Shown one piece after another: positions 37,901 to 53,550 of a stretch of DNA of 64,000 nt. A program made the translations under genes and the position numbers. This DNA comes from Eledone cirrhosa (lineage: Eukaryota), in NCBI GenBank assembly GCA_964016885.1, contig OZ024744.1:18166001-18230000 (forward strand), in the 5' to 3' direction. The notes beneath the pieces were generated by a model. It was not told the DNA's origin. It saw only the letters and a program-made list of their open reading frames with translations, and did no database searches. Within the stretch, counting starts at the first letter, position 1, and the number at the start of each line of letters is the position of its first letter.

Positions 37901-40900
37901 TGTGTTTCTGTATGTCTGTGTCACCGTGTATGTCACGGTATCTTTGTATATGCCTGTGTCACTGTGTATGTCACTGTGTGTTTCTGTATTTCTGTGTCAC
38001 TGTGTATGTCACTGTGTGTTTCTGTATGTTTGTGTCACTGTGTATGTCACTAAATGTTTGTGTGTGTCTGTGTCTCTGTGTATGTCACTGTGTGTTTGCG
38101 TGTGTCTGTGTCACCGTGTATGTCACTGTGTGTTTCTGTATGTCTGTGTCACTGTGTATGTCACCGTGTGTTTGTGTATGTCTGTGTCATTGTGTGTGTT
38201 TCTGTATGTCTGTGTCACTGTGTATGTCACTGTATGTTTCTGTATGTATGTGTCACTGTGTATGTCACTGTATCTTTGTGTATGTCTGTGTCACTCCGTA
38301 TGTCACTGTGTGTTTCTGTATGTCTGTGTCAATGTGTATGTCACTGTGTGTTTCTGTATGTCTGTGTCACTGTGTATGTCACTGTGTGTTTCTGTATGTC
38401 TGTGTCACTGTCTATGTCACTGTATGTTTCTGAATGTCTGTGTCACTGTGTATGTCACTGTGTGTTTCTGTATATCTGTGTCACGGTGTATGTCACTGAA
38501 TGTTTGTGTGTGTCTGCGTCACTGTGTATGTCACTGTGTGTTTCTGTATGTCTGTGTCTCTGTGTATGTAACTGTATCTTTGTGTATGTCGTTGTCACGG
38601 TGTATGTCACTAAATGTTTGTGTGTGTCTGTGTATCTGTGTATGTCACTGTGTGTTTGCGTGTGTCTGTGTCACTGTGTATGTCACTGTGTGTTTCTGTA
38701 TGTCTGTGTGACTGTGTATGTCACTAGGTGTTTGTGTATGTCTGTGTCACTGCATGTTTCTGAATGTCTGTGTCACTGTGTATGTCACTGTGTGTTTCTG
38801 TATGTATGTGTCACCGTGTATGTCACTGTATCTTTGTGTATGCCTGTGTCACTGTGTATGTCACTGTGTGTTTCTGTATGTCGGTGTCACTGTGTATGTC
38901 ACTGTGTGTTTCTGTATGTTTGTGTCACTGTGTATGTCATTAAATGTTTGTGTGTGTCTGTGTCTCTGTGTATGTCACTGTGTGTTTGCGTGTGTCTGTG
39001 TCACTGTGTATGTCACTGTGTGTTTGTGTATGTCTGTGTGACTGTGTATGTCACTGTGTGTTTGTGTATGTCTGTGTCACTGTGTGTGTTTCTGTATGTC
39101 TGTGTCAATGTGTATGTCACTGTGTGTTTCTGTATGTCTGTGTCACTGTGTATGTCACTGTATGTTTCTGTATGTCTGTTTCACTGTGTATGTCACTGTG
39201 TGTTTCTGTATGTCTGTGTCACTCTGTATGTCACTGTATGTTTCTGAATGTTTGTGTCACTGTGTATGTCCCTGTGTGTTTGCGTGTGTCTGTGTCACTG
39301 TGTATGTCACTGTCTGTTTCTGTATGTCTGTGTGACTGTGTATGTCACTCTGTCTTTGTGTATGTCTGTGTCACTGTGTGTGTTTCTGTATGTCTGTGTC
39401 ACTGTGTATGTCATTGTATCTTTGTGTATGTATGTGTCACTGTGTGTGTCACTGTATCATTGTGTATGTCTGTGTCATTGTGTATGTCACTGTGTGTTTC
39501 TGTATATCTGTGTCTCTGTGTATGTTACTTTATCTTTGTGTATGTCTGTGTCACTGTGTATGTCACTGTATCTTTGTGTATGTCTGTGTCACGGTGTATA
39601 TCACTGTATGTTTGTGTATGTCTGTGTCACTCTATATGGCACTGTATGTTTCTGTATGTATGTGTCACTGTGTATGTCAATGTGTGTTTCTGTATCTCTG
39701 TGACACGGTGTATGTCACTGTATGTTTGTGTATGTATGTGTGACTGTGTATGTCACTGTATGTTACATTATGTCTGTGTCACTGTGTATGTCACTGTGTG
39801 TTTCTGTATGTCTGTGTCACTGTGTATGTCACTGTATATTTGTGTATGTCTGTGTCACTGTGTATGTCACTGTGTGTTTCTGTATGTCTGTGTCACTGTC
39901 TATGTCACTGTATGTTTCTGAATGTCTGTGTCACCGTGTATGTCCCTGTATCTTTATGTATGTCTGTGTCACTGTATATGTCACTGTATCTTTGTGTATG
40001 TCTACGTCACTGTGTATGTCACTGTGTGTTTCTGTATGTCTGTGTCTTTGTGTATGCCACTGTACCTTTGTGTATGTCTGTGTCACTGTGTATGTCACTG
40101 TGTGTTTCTGTATGTCTGTGTCATTGTGTATGTCACTGTGTGTTTCTGTATATCTGTGTCTCTGTGTATGTCACTGTAACGTTGTGTATCTCTGTGTCAC
40201 TGTGTATGTCACTGTATCTTTGTGTATGTCTGTGTCACTGTGTATGTCACTGTGTGTTTCTGTATGTATGTGTCACGGTGTATGTCACTGTATGTTTGTG
40301 TATGTCTGTGTCACTGTGTATGTCATTGTGAGTTTCTGTATGTCTGTGTCACTGTGTATGTCACTGTATCTTTGTGTATGTCTGTGTCACTGTGTATGTC
40401 ACTGTGTGTTTCTGTATGTCTGTGTCACTGTGTATGTCACTGTATCTCTCTGTATGTCTGTGTCACTGTCTATGTCACTGTATCTTTGTGTATGTCTGCG
40501 TCACTGTGTATGCCACTGTGTGTTTTTGTATGTCTGTGTCTCTGTGTATGTCACTGTATCTTTGTGTATGTCTGTATCACTGTGTATGTCACTGTGTGTT
40601 TCTGTATGTCTGTGTCACTGTGTATGTCACTGTGTGTTTCTGTATGTCTGTGTCACTGTCTATGTCGCTGTATGTTTCTGAATGTCTGTGTCACTGTGTA
40701 TGTCACTGTGTGTTTCTGTATGTCTGTGTCACGGTGTATGTCACTGTATGTTTGTGTGTGTCTATGTCACTTTGTATGTCACTGTGTGTTTCTGTATGTC
40801 TGTGTCACCGTGTATGTCAATGTATCTTTGTGTATGCCTGTGTCACTGTGTATGTCACTGTGTGTTTCTGTATGTCTGTGTCACTGTGTATGTCACTGTG

Positions 40901-41196
40901 TGTTTCTGTATGTCTGTGTCACTGTGTATGTCACTGTGTGTTTCTGTATGTCTGTGTCACTGTCTATGTCGCTGTATGTTTCTGAATGTCTGTGTCAATG
41001 TGTATGTCACTGTGTGTTTCTGTATGTCTGTGTCACTGTCTATGTCACTGTATGTTTCTGAATGTATGTGTCACTGTGTATGTCACTGTGTGTTTCTGTA
41101 TATCTGTGGCACGGTGTATGTCACTGAATGTTTGTGTGTGTCTGTGTCACTCTGTTTGTCACTGTGTGTTTCTGTATGTCTGTGTAACCGTGTATG
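34957..41196. repeat. Type-A HOR copy (6,240 bp)
   Basis: Markers at 34957 and 41197. Sequence from ~29.9 kb onward repeats almost exactly at offset 6,240 (30146/36386, 32478/38718, 34746/40986). Confidence 0.95.
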
Positions 41197-44100
41197 TTAG
41201 GTATCTTTGTATATGCCTGTGTCACTGTGTATGTCACTGTGTGTTTCTGTATTTCTGTGTCACTGTGTATGTCACTGTGTGTTTCTGTATGTTTGTGTCA
41301 CTGTGTATGTCACTAAATGTTTGTGTGTGTCTGTGTCTCTGTGTATGTCACTGTGTGTTTGCGTGTGTCTGTGTCACTGTGTATGTCACTGTGTGTTTCT
41401 GTATGTCTGTGTGACTGTGTATGTCACTCTGTGTTTGTGCATGTCTGTGTCACTGTGTGTGTTTCTGTATGTCTGTGTCACTGTGTATGTCATTGTATCT
41501 TTGTGTTTGAATGTGTCACTGTGTATGTCACTGTGTGTTTGTGTATACCTGTGTCACTGTGTATGTTACTGTGAGTTTCTGTATGTCTGTGTCACTGTGT
41601 ACGTCACTGTATATTTCTGTATGTCTGTGTCAGTGTGTATGTCACTGGTTGATTCTGTATGTCTGTGTCACACTGTATATCACTGTATCTTTGTGTAGGT
41701 CTGTGTCACCGTGTATGTCACTGTATCTTTATGTATGTCTGTGTCACTGTATATGTCACTGTATCTTTGTGTATGTCTACGTCACTGTGTATGTCACTGT
41801 GTGTTTCTGTATGTCTGTGTCTTTGTGTATGTTACTGTACCTTTGTGTATGTATGTGTCACTGTGTATGTCACTGTGTGTTTCTGTATGTCTGTGTCACT
41901 GTGTATGTCACTGTGTGTTTCTGTATATCTGTGTCTCTGTGTATGTCACTGTATCTTTGTGTATGTCTGTGTCACTGTGTATGTCACTGTAACGTTGTGT
42001 ATCTCTGTGTCACTGTGTATGTCACTTATCTTTGTGTATGTCTGTGTCACTGTGTATGTCACTGTGTGTTTCTGTATGTATGTGTCACGGTGTATGTCAC
42101 TGTATGTTTGTGTATGTCTGTGTCACTGTGTATGTCACTGTATCTTTGTGTATGTCTGTGTCACTGTGTATGTTACTGTGTGTTTCTGTATGTCTGTGTC
42201 ACTGTGTTTGTCTTTGTGTGTTTCTGTATGTCTGTGTCACTGTGTATATCACTGTATGTTTGTGTGTGTCTGTGTCACTGTGTATGTCACTGTATGTCTC
42301 TGTATGTCTGTGTCACTGTCTATGTCACTGTGTGTTTGCCTGTGTATGTGTCACTGTGTATGTCACTGTGTGTTTCTGTATGTCGGTGTCACTGTGTATG
42401 TCACTGTGTGTTTCTGTATGTTTGTGTCACTGTGTATGTCATTAAATGTTTGTGTGTGTCTGTGTCTCTGTGTATGTCACTGTGTGTTTGCGTATGTCTG
42501 TGTCACTCTGTATGTCACTGTATGTTTCTTAATGTTTGTGTCACTGTGTATGTCACTGTGTGTTTGCGTGTGTCTGTGTCACTGTGTATGTCACTGTGTG
42601 TTTCTGTATGTCTGTGTGACTGTGTATGTCACTCTGTGTTTGTGTATGTCTGTGTCACTGTGTGTGTTTCTGTATGTCTGTGTCACTGTGTATGTCATTG
42701 TATCTTTGTGTATGTATGTGTCACTGTGTATGTCACTGTATCATTGTGTATGTATGTGTCATTGTGTATGTCACTGTGTGTTTCTGTATGTTTGTGACAC
42801 TGTGTATGTCACTGTGTGGTTCTGTATATCTGTGTCTCTGTGTATGTTACTTTATCTTTGTGTATGTCTGTGCAACTGTGTATGTCACTGTATCTTTGTG
42901 TATGTCTGTGTCACGGTGTATATCACTGTATGTTTGTGTATGTCTGTGTCACTCTATATGTCACTGTATTTTTCTGTATGTATGTGTCACTGTGTATGTC
43001 AATGTGTGTTTCTGTATCTCTGTGTCACGGTGTATGTCACTGTATGTTTGTGTATGTCTGTGTGACTGTATATGTCACTGTATGTTACAGTATGTCTGTG
43101 TCACTGTGTATGTCACTGTGTGTTTCTGTATGTCTGTGTCACTGTGTATGTCACTGTATATTTGTGTATGTCTGTGTCACTGTGTATGTCACTGTGTTTC
43201 TGTATGTCTGTGTCACTGTCTATGTCACTGTATGTTTCTGAATGTCTGTGTCACCGTGTATGTCACTGTATCTTTAAGTATGTCTGTGTCACTGTATATG
43301 TCACTGTATCTTTGTGTATGTCTACGTCACTGTGTATGTCACTGTGTGTTTCTGTATGTCTGTGTCTTTGTGTATGTCACTGTACCTTTCTGTATATCTG
43401 TGTCACTGTGTATGTCACTGTGTGTTTCTGTATGTCTGTGTCACTGTGTATGTCACTGTGTGTTTCTGTATATCTGTGTCTCTGTGTATGTCACTGTAAC
43501 GTTGTGTATCTGTGTCACTGTGTATGTCACTGTATCTTTGTGTATGTCTGTGTCACTGTGTATGTCACTGTGTGTTTCTGTATGTATGTGTCACGGTGTA
43601 TGTCACTGTATGTTTGTGTATGTCTGTGTCACTGTGTATGTCATTGTGAGTTTCTGTATGTCTGTGTCACTGTGTATGTCACTGTATCTTTGTGTATGTC
43701 TGTGTCACTGTGTATGTCACTGTGTGTTTCTGTATGTCTGTGTCACTGTGTATGTCACTGTATCTCTCTGTATGTCTGTGTCACTGTCTATGTCGCTGTA
43801 TGTTTCTGAATGTCTGTGTCACTGTGTATGTCACTGTGTGTTTCTGTATGTCTGTGTCACGGTGTATGTCACTGTATGTTTGTGTGTGTCTATGTCACTG
43901 TGTATGTCACTGTGTGTTTCTGTATGTCTGTGTCACTGTCTATGTCACTGTATGTTTCTGAATGTCTGTGTCACTGTGTATGTCACTGTGTGTTTCTGTA
44001 TATCTGTGTCACGGTGTATGTCACTGAATGTTTGTGTGTGTCTGTGTCACTGTGTATGTCACTGTGTGTTTCTGTATATCTGTGTCACGGTGTATGTCAC

Positions 44101-47100
44101 TGAATGTTTGTGTGTGTCTGTGTCACTGTGTTTGTCACTGTGTGTTTCTGTATGTCTGTGTCACCGTGTATGTCACGGTATCTTTGTATATGCCTGTGTC
44201 ACTGTGTATGTCACTGTGTGTTTCTGTATTTCTGTGTCACTGTGTATGTCACTGTGTGTTTCTGTATGTTTGTGTCACTGTGTATGTCACTAAATGTTTG
44301 TGTGTGTCTGTGTCTCTGTGTATGTCACTGTGTGTTTGCGTGTGTCTGTGTCACCGTGTATGTCACTGTGTGTTTCTGTATGTCTGTGTCACTGTGTATG
44401 TCACCGTGTGTTTGTGTATGTCTGTGTCATTGTGTGTGTTTCTGTATGTCTGTGTCACTGTGTATGTCACTGTATGTTTCTGTATGTCACTGTGTATGTC
44501 ACTGTATCTTTGTGTATGTCTGTGTCACTCCGTATGTCACTGTGTGTTTCTGTATGTCTGTGTCAATGTGTATGTCACTGTGTGTTTCTGTATGTCTGTG
44601 TCACTGTGTATGTCACTGTGTGTTTCTGTATGTCTGTGTCACTGTCTATGTCACTGTATGTTTCTGAATGTCTGTGTCACTGTGTATGTCACTGTGTGTT
44701 TCTGTATATCTGTGTCACGGTGTATGTCACTGAATGTTTGTGTGTGTCTGCGTCACTGTGTATGTCACTGTGTGTTTCTGTATGTCTGTGTCTCTGTGTA
44801 TGTAACTGTATCTTTGTGTATGTCGTTGTCACGGTGTATGTCACTAAATGTTTGTGTGTGTCTGTGTATCTGTGTATGTCACTGTGTGTTTGCGTGTGTC
44901 TGTGTCACTGTGTATGTCACTGTGTGTTTCTGTATGTCTGTGTGACTGTGTATGTCACTAGGTGTTTGTGTATGTCTGTGTCACTGCATGTTTCTGAATG
45001 TCTGTGTCACTGTGTATGTCACTGTGTGTTTCTGTATGTATGTGTCACCGTGTATGTCACTGTATCTTTGTGTATGCCTGTGTCACTGTGTATGTCACTG
45101 TGTGTTTCTGTATGTCGGTGTCACTGTGTATGTCACTGTGTGTTTCTGTATGTTTGTGTCACTGTGTATGTCATTAAATGTTTGTGTGTGTCTGTGTCTC
45201 TGTGTATGTCACTGTGTGTTTGCGTGTGTCTGTGTCACTGTGTATGTCACTGTGTGTTTCTGTATGTCTGTGTGACTGTGTATGTCACTGTGTGTTTGTG
45301 TATGTCTGTGTCACTGTGTGTGTTTCTGTATGTCTGTGTCAATGTGTATGTCACTGTGTGTTTCTGTATGTCTGTGTCACTGTGTATGTCACTGTATGTT
45401 TCTGTATGTCTGTTTCACTGTGTATGTCACTGTGTGTTTCTGTATGTCTGTGTCACTCTGTATGTCACTGTATGTTTCTGAATGTTTGTGTCACTGTGTA
45501 TGTCCCTGTGTGTTTGCGTGTGTCTGTGTCACTGTGTATGTCACTGTGTGTTTCTGTATGTCTGTGTGACTGTGTATGTCACTCTGTCTTTGTGTATGTC
45601 TGTGTCACTGTGTGTGTTTCTGTATGTCTGTGTCACTGTGTATGTCATTGTATCTTTGTGTATGTATGTGTCACTGTGTGTGTCACTGTATCATTGTGTA
45701 TGTCTGTGTCATTGTGTATGTCACTGTGTGTTTCTGTATATCTGTGTCTCTGTGTATGTTACTTTATCTTTGTGTATGTCTGTGTCACTGTGTATGTCAC
45801 TGTATCTTTGTGTATGTCTGTGTCACGGTGTATATCACTGTATGTTTGTGTATGTCTGTGTCACTCTATATGGCACTGTATGTTTCTGTATGTATGTGTC
45901 ACTGTGTATGTCAATGTGTGTTTCTGTATCTCTGTGACACGGTGTATGTCACTGTATGTTTGTGTATGTATGTGTGACTGTGTATGTCACTGTATGTTAC
46001 ATTATGTCTGTGTCACTGTGTATGTCACTGTGTGTTTCTGTATGTCTGTGTCACTGTGTATGTCACTCTATATTTGTGTATGTCTGTGTCACTGTGTATG
46101 TCACTGTGTGTTTCTGTATGTCTGTATCACTGTCTATGTCACTGTATGTTTCTGAATGTCTGTGTCACCGTGTATGTCACTGTATCTTTATGTATGTCTG
46201 TGTCACTGTATATGTCACTGTATCTTTGTGTATGTCTACGTCACTGTGTATGTCACTGTGTGTTTCTGTATGTCTGTGTCTTTGTGTATGCCACTGTACC
46301 TTTGTGTATGTCTGTGTCACTGTGTATGTCACTGTGTGTTTCTGTATGTCTGTGTCATTGTGTATGTCACTGTGTGTTTCTGTATATCTGTGTCTCTGTG
46401 TATGTCACTGTAACGTTGTGTATCTCTGTGTCACTGTGTATGTCACTGTATCTTTGTGTATGTCTGTGTCACTGTGTATGTCACTGTGTGTTTCTGTATG
46501 TATGTGTCACGGTGTATGTCACTGTATGTTTGTGTATGTCTGTGTCACTGTGTATGTCATTGTGAGTTTCTGTATGTCTGTGTCACTGTGTATGTCACTG
46601 TATCTTTGTGTATGTCTGTGTCACTGTGTATGTCACTGTGTGTTTCTGTATGTCTGTGTCACTGTGTATGTCACTGTATCTCTCTGTATGTCTGTGTCAC
46701 TGTCTATGTCACTGTATCTTTGTGTATGTCTGCGTCACTGTGTATGCCACTGTGTGTTTTTGTATGTCTGTGTCTCTGTGTATGTCACTGTATCTTTGTG
46801 TATGTCTGTATCACTGTGTATGTCACTGTGTGTTTCTGTATGTCTGTGTCACTGTGTATGTCACTGTGTGTTTCTGTATGTCTGTGTCACTGTCTATGTC
46901 GCTGTATGTTTCTGAATGTCTGTGTCACTGTGTATGTCACTGTGTGTTTCTGTATGTCTGTGTCACGGTGTATGTCACTGTATGTTTGTGTGTGTCTATG
47001 TCACTTTGTATGTCACTGTGTGTTTCTGTATGTCTGTGTCACCGTGTATGTCAATGTATCTTTGTGTATGCCTCTGTCACTGTGTATGTCACTGTGTGTT

Positions 47101-47430
47101 TCTGTATGTCTGTGTCACTGTGTATGTCACTGTGTGTTTCTGTATGTCTGTGTCACTGTGTATGTCACTGTGTGTTTCTGTATGTCTGTGTCACTGTCTA
47201 TGTCGCTGTATGTTTCTGAATGTCTGTGTCAATGTGTATGTCACTGTGTGTTTCTGTATGTCTGTGTCACTGTCTATGTCACTGTATGTTTCTGAATGTA
47301 TGTGTCACTGTGTATGTCACTGCGTGTTTCTGTATATCTGTGGCACGGTGTATGTCACTGAATGTTTGTGTGTGTCTGTGTCACTCTGTTTGTCACTGTG
47401 TGTTTCTGTATGTCTGTGTAACCGTGTATG
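41197..47430. repeat. Type-A HOR copy (6,234 bp)
   Basis: Markers at 41197 and 47431. It has a 6-bp deletion near 44485 and the GTGCAACT variant near 42871. Confidence 0.95.
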
Positions 47431-50400
47431 TTAGGTATCTTTGTATATGCCTGTGTCACTGTGTATGTCACTGTGTGTTTCTGTATTTCTGTGTCACTGT
47501 GTATGTCACTGTGTGTTTCTGTATGTTTGTGTCACTGTGTATGTCACTAAATGTTTGTGTGTGTCTGTGTCTCTGTGTATGTCACTGTGTGTTTGCGTGT
47601 GTCTGTGTCACTGTGTATGTCACTGTGTGTTTCTGTATGTCTGTGTGACTGTGTATGTCACTCTGTGTTTGTGCATGTCTGTGTCACTGTGTGTGTTTCT
47701 GTATGTCTGTGTCACTGTGTATGTCATTGTATCTTTGTGTTTGAATGTGTCACTGTGTATGTCACTGTGTGTTTGTGTATACCTGTGTCACTGTGTATGT
47801 TACTGTGAGTTTCTGTATGTCTGTGTCACTGTGTACGTCACTGTATATTTCTGTATGTCTGTGTCAGTGTGTATGTCACTGGTTGATTCTGTATGTCTGT
47901 GTCACACTGTATATCACTGTATCTTTGTGTAGGTCTGTGTCACCGTGTATGTCACTGTATCTTTATGTATGTCTGTGTCACTGTATATGTCACTGTATCT
48001 TTGTGTATGTCTACGTCACTGTGTATGTCACTGTGTGTTTCTGTATGTCTGTGTCTTTGTGTATGTTACTGTACCTTTGTGTATGTATGTGTCACTGTGT
48101 ATGTCACTGTGTGTTTCTGTATGTCTGTGTCACTGTGTATGTCACTGTGTGTTTCTGTATATCTGTGTCTCTGTGTATGTCACTGTATCTTTGTGTATGT
48201 CTGTGTCACTGTGTATGTCACTGTAACGTTGTGTATCTCTGTGTCACTGTGTATGTCACTTATCTTTGTGTATGTCTGTGTCACTGTGTATGTCACTGTG
48301 TGTTTCTGTATGTATGTGTCACGGTGTATGTCACTGTATATTTGTGTATGTCTGTGTCACTGTGTATGTCACTGTATCTTTGTGTATGTCTGTGTCACTG
48401 TGTATGTTACTGTGTGTTTCTGTATGTCTGTGTCACTGTGTTTGTCTTTGTGTGTTTCTGTATGTCTGTGTCACTGTGTATATCACTGTATGTTTGTGTG
48501 TGTCTGTGTCACTGTGTATGTCACTGTATGTCTCTGTATGTCTGTGTCACTGTCTATGTCACTGTGTGTTTGCCTGTGTATGTGTCACTGTGTATGTCAC
48601 TGTGTGTTTCTGTATGTCGGTGTCACTGTGTATGTCACTGTGTGTTTCTGTATGTTTGTGTCACTGTGTATGTCATTAAATGTTTGTGTGTGTCTGTGTC
48701 TCTGTGTATGTCACTGTGTGTTTGCGTATGTCTGTGTCACTCTGTATGTCACTGTATGTTTCTTTATGTTTGTGTCACTGTGTATGTCACTGTGTGTTTG
48801 CGTGTGTCTGTGTCACTGTGTATGTCACTGTGTGTTTCTGTATGTCTGTGTGACTGTGTATGTCACTCTGTGTTTGTGTATGTCTGTGTCACTGTGTGTG
48901 TTTCTGTATGTCTGTGTCACTGTGTATGTCATTGTATCTTTGTGTATGTATGTGTCACTGTGTATGTCACTGTATCATTGTGTATGTATGTGTCATTGTG
49001 TATGTCACTGTGTGTTTCTGTATGTTTGTGACACTGTGTATGTCACTGTGTGGTTCTGTATATCTGTGTCTCTGTGTATGTTACTTTATCTTTGTGTATG
49101 TCTGTGCAACTGTGTATGTCACTGTATCTTTGTGTATGTCTGTGTCACGGTGTATATCACTGTATGTTTGTGTATGTCTGTGTCACTCTATATGTCACTG
49201 TATTTTTCTGTATGTATGTGTCACTGTGTATGTCAATGTGTGTTTCTGTATCTCTGTGTCACGGTGTATGTCACTGTATGTTTGTGTATGTCTGTGTGAC
49301 TGTATATGTCACTGTATGTTACAGTATGTCTGTGTCACTGTGTATGTCACTGTGTGTTTCTGTATGTCTGTGTCACTGTGTATGTCACTGTATATTTGTG
49401 TATGTCTGTGTCACTGTGTATGTCACTGTGTTTCTGTATGTCTGTGTCACTGTCTATGTCACTGTATGTTTCTGAATGTCTGTGTCACCGTGTATGTCAC
49501 TGTATCTTTAAGTATGTCTGTGTCACTGTATATGTCACTGTATCTTTGTGTATGTCTACGTCACTGTGTATGTCACTGTGTGTTTCTGTATGTCTGTGTC
49601 TTTGTGTATGTCACTGTACCTTTCTGTATATCTGTGTCACTGTGTATGTCACTGTGTGTTTCTGTATGTCTGTGTCACTGTGTATGTCACTGTGTGTTTC
49701 TGTATATCTGTGTCTCTGTGTATGTCACTGTAACGTTGTGTATCTGTGTCACTGTGTATGTCACTGTATCTTTGTGTATGTCTGTGTCACTGTGTATGTC
49801 ACTGTGTGTTTCTGTATGTATGTGTCACGGTGTATGTCACTGTATGTTTGTGTATGTCTGTGTCACTGTGTATGTCATTGTGAGTTTCTGTATGTCTGTG
49901 TCACTGTGTATGTCACTGTATCTTTGTGTATGTCTGTGTCACTGTGTATGTCACTGTGTGTTTCTGTATGTCTGTGTCACTGTGTATGTCACTGTATCTC
50001 TCTGTATGTCTGTGTCACTGTCTATGTCGCTGTATGTTTCTGAATGTCTGTGTCACTGTGTATGTCACTGTGTGTTTCTGTATGTCTGTGTCACGGTGTA
50101 TGTCACTGTATGTTTGTGTGTGTCTATGTCACTGTGTATGTCACTGTGTGTTTCTGTATGTCTGTGTCACTGTCTATGTCACTGTATGTTTCTGAATGTC
50201 TGTGTCACTGTGTATGTCACTGTGTGTTTCTGTATATCTGTGTCACGGTGTATGTCACTGAATGTTTGTGTGTGTCTGTGTCACTGTGTATGTCACTGTG
50301 TGTTTCTGTATATCTGTGTCACGGTGTATGTCACTGAATGTTTGTGTGTGTCTGTGTCACTGTGTTTGTCACTGTGTGTTTCTGTATGTCTGTGTCACCG

Positions 50401-53400
50401 TGTATGTCACGGTATCTTTGTATATGCCTGTGTCACTGTGTATGTCACTGTGTGTTTCTGTATTTCTGTGTCACTGTGTATGTCACTGTGTGTTTCTGTA
50501 TGTTTGTGTCACTGTGTATGTCACTAAATGTTTGTGTGTGTCTGTGTCTCTGTGTATGTCACTGTGTGTTTGCGTGTGTCTGTGTCACCGTGTATGTCAC
50601 TGTGTGTTTCTGTATGTCTGTGTCACTGTGTATGTCACCGTGTGTTTGTGTATGTCTGTGTCATTGTGTGTGTTTCTGTATGTCTGTGTCACTGTGTATG
50701 TCACTGTATGTTTCTGTATGTCACTGTGTATGTCACTGTATCTTTGTGTATGTCTGTGTCACTCCGTATGTCACTGTGTGTTTCTGTATGTCTGTGTCAA
50801 TGTGTATGTCACTGTGTGTTTCTGTATGTCTGTGTCACTGTGTATGTCACTGTGTGTTTCTGTATGTCTGTGTCACTGTCTATGTCACTGTATGTTTCTG
50901 AATGTCTGTGTCACTGTGTATGTCACTGTGTGTTTCTGTATATCTGTGTCACGGTGTATGTCACTGAATGTTTGTGTGTGTCTGCGTCACTGTGTATGTC
51001 ACTGTGTGTTTCTGTATGTCTGTGTCTCTGTGTATGTAACTGTATCTTTGTGTATGTCGTTGTCACGGTGTATGTCACTAAATGTTTGTGTGTGTCTGTG
51101 TATCTGTGTATGTCACTGTGTGTTTGCGTGTGTCTGTGTCACTGTGTATGTCACTGTGTGTTTCTGTATGTCTGTGTGACTGTGTATGTCACTAGGTGTT
51201 TGTGTATGTCTGTGTCACTGCATGTTTCTGAATGTCTGTGTCACTGTGTATGTCACTGTGTGTTTCTGTATGTATGTGTCACCGTGTATGTCACTGTATC
51301 TTTGTGTATGCCTGTGTCACTGTGTATGTCACTGTGTGTTTCTGTATGTCGGTGTCACTGTGTATGTCACTGTGTGTTTCTGTATGTTTGTGTCACTGTG
51401 TATGTCATTAAATGTTTGTGTGTGTCTGTGTCTCTGTGTATGTCACTGTGTGTTTGCGTGTGTCTGTGTCACTGTGTATGTCACTGTGTGTTTCTGTATG
51501 TCTGTGTGACTGTGTATGTCACTGTGTGTTTGTGTATGTCTGTGTCACTGTGTGTGTTTCTGTATGTCTGTGTCAATGTGTATGTCACTGTGTGTTTCTG
51601 TATGTCTGTGTCACTGTGTATGTCACTGTATGTTTCTGTATGTCTGTTTCACTGTGTATGTCACTGTGTGTTTCTGTATGTCTGTGTCACTCTGTATGTC
51701 ACTGTATGTTTCTGAATGTTTGTGTCACTGTGTATGTCCCTGTGTGTTTGCGTGTGTCTGTGTCACTGTGTATGTCACTGTGTGTTTCTGTATGTCTGTG
51801 TGACTGTGTATGTCACTCTGTCTTTGTGTATGTCTGTGTCACTGTGTGTGTTTCTGTATGTCTGTGTCACTGTGTATGTCATTGTATCTTTGTGTATGTA
51901 TGTGTCACTGTGTGTGTCACTGTATCATTGTGTATGTCTGTGTCATTGTGTATGTCACTGTGTGTTTCTGTATATCTGTGTCTCTGTGTATGTTACTTTA
52001 TCTTTGTGTATGTCTGTGTCACTGTGTATGTCACTGTATCTTTGTGTATGTCTGTGTCACGGTGTATATCACTGTATGTTTGTGTATGTCTGTGTCACTC
52101 TATATGTCACTGTATGTTTGTGTATGTATGTGTGACTGTGTATGTCACTGTATGTTACATTATGTCTGTGTCACTGTGTATGTCACTGTGTGTTTCTGTA
52201 TGTCTGTGTCACTGTGTATGTCACTCTATATTTGTGTATGTCTGTGTCACTGTGTATGTCACTGTGTGTTTCTGTATGTCTGTGTCACTGTCTATGTCAC
52301 TGTATGTTTCTGAATGTCTGTGTCACCGTGTATGTCACTGTATCTTTATGTATGTCTGTGTCACTGTATATGTCACTGTATCTTTGTGTATGTCTACGTC
52401 ACTGTGTATGTCACTGTGTGTTTCTGTATGTCTGTGTCTTTGTGTATGCCACTGTACCTTTGTGTATGTCTGTGTCACTGTGTATGTCACTGTGTGTTTC
52501 TGTATGTCTGTGTCATTGTGTATGTCACTGTGTGTTTCTGTATATCTGTGTCTCTGTGTATGTCACTGTAACGTTGTGTATCTCTGTGTCACTGTGTATG
52601 TCACTGTATCTTTGTGTATGTCTGTGTCACTGTGTATGTCACTGTGTGTTTCTGTATGTATGTGTCACGGTGTATGTCACTGTATGTTTGTGTATGTCTG
52701 TGTCACTGTGTATGTCATTGTGAGTTTCTGTATGTCTGTGTCACTGTGTATGTCACTGTATCTTTGTGTATGTCTGTGTCACTGTGTATGTCACTGTGTG
52801 TTTCTGTATGTCTGTGTCACTGTGTATGTCACTGTATCTCTCTGTATGTCTGTGTCACTGTCTATGTCACTGTATCTTTGTGTATGTCTGCGTCACTGTG
52901 TATGCCACTGTGTGTTTTTGTATGTCTGTGTCTCTGTGTATGTCACTGTATCTTTGTGTATGTCTGTATCACTGTGTATGTCACTGTGTGTTTCTGTATG
53001 TCTGTGTCACTGTGTATGTCACTGTGTGTTTCTGTATGTCTGTGTCACTGTCTATGTCGCTGTATGTTTCTGAATGTCTGTGTCACTGTGTATGTCACTG
53101 TGTGTTTCTGTATGTCTGTGTCACGGTGTATGTCACTGTATGTTTGTGTGTGTCTATGTCACTTTGTATGTCACTGTGTGTTTCTGTATGTCTGTGTCAC
53201 CGTGTATGTCAATGTATCTTTGTGTATGCCTGTGTCACTGTGTATGTCACTGTGTGTTTCTGTATGTCTGTGTCACTGTGTATGTCACTGTGTGTTTCTG
53301 TATGTCTGTGTCACTGTCTATGTCGCTGTATGTTTCTGAATGTCTGTGTCAATGTGTATGTCACTGTGTGTTTCTGTATGTCTGTGTCACTGTCTATGTC

Positions 53401-53550
53401 ACTGTATGTTTCTGAATGTATGTGTCACTGTGTATGTCACTGTGTGTTTCTGTATATCTGTGGCACGGTGTATGTCACTGAATGTTTGTGTGTGTCTGTG
53501 TCACTCTGTTTGTCACTGTGTGTTTCTGTATGTCTGTGTAACCGTGTATG
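47431..53550. repeat. Type-A HOR copy (6,120 bp)
   Basis: Markers at 47431 and 53551. The length equals 6,234 minus a 76-bp deletion (~52105) and a 38-bp deletion (~53280). Confidence 0.93.
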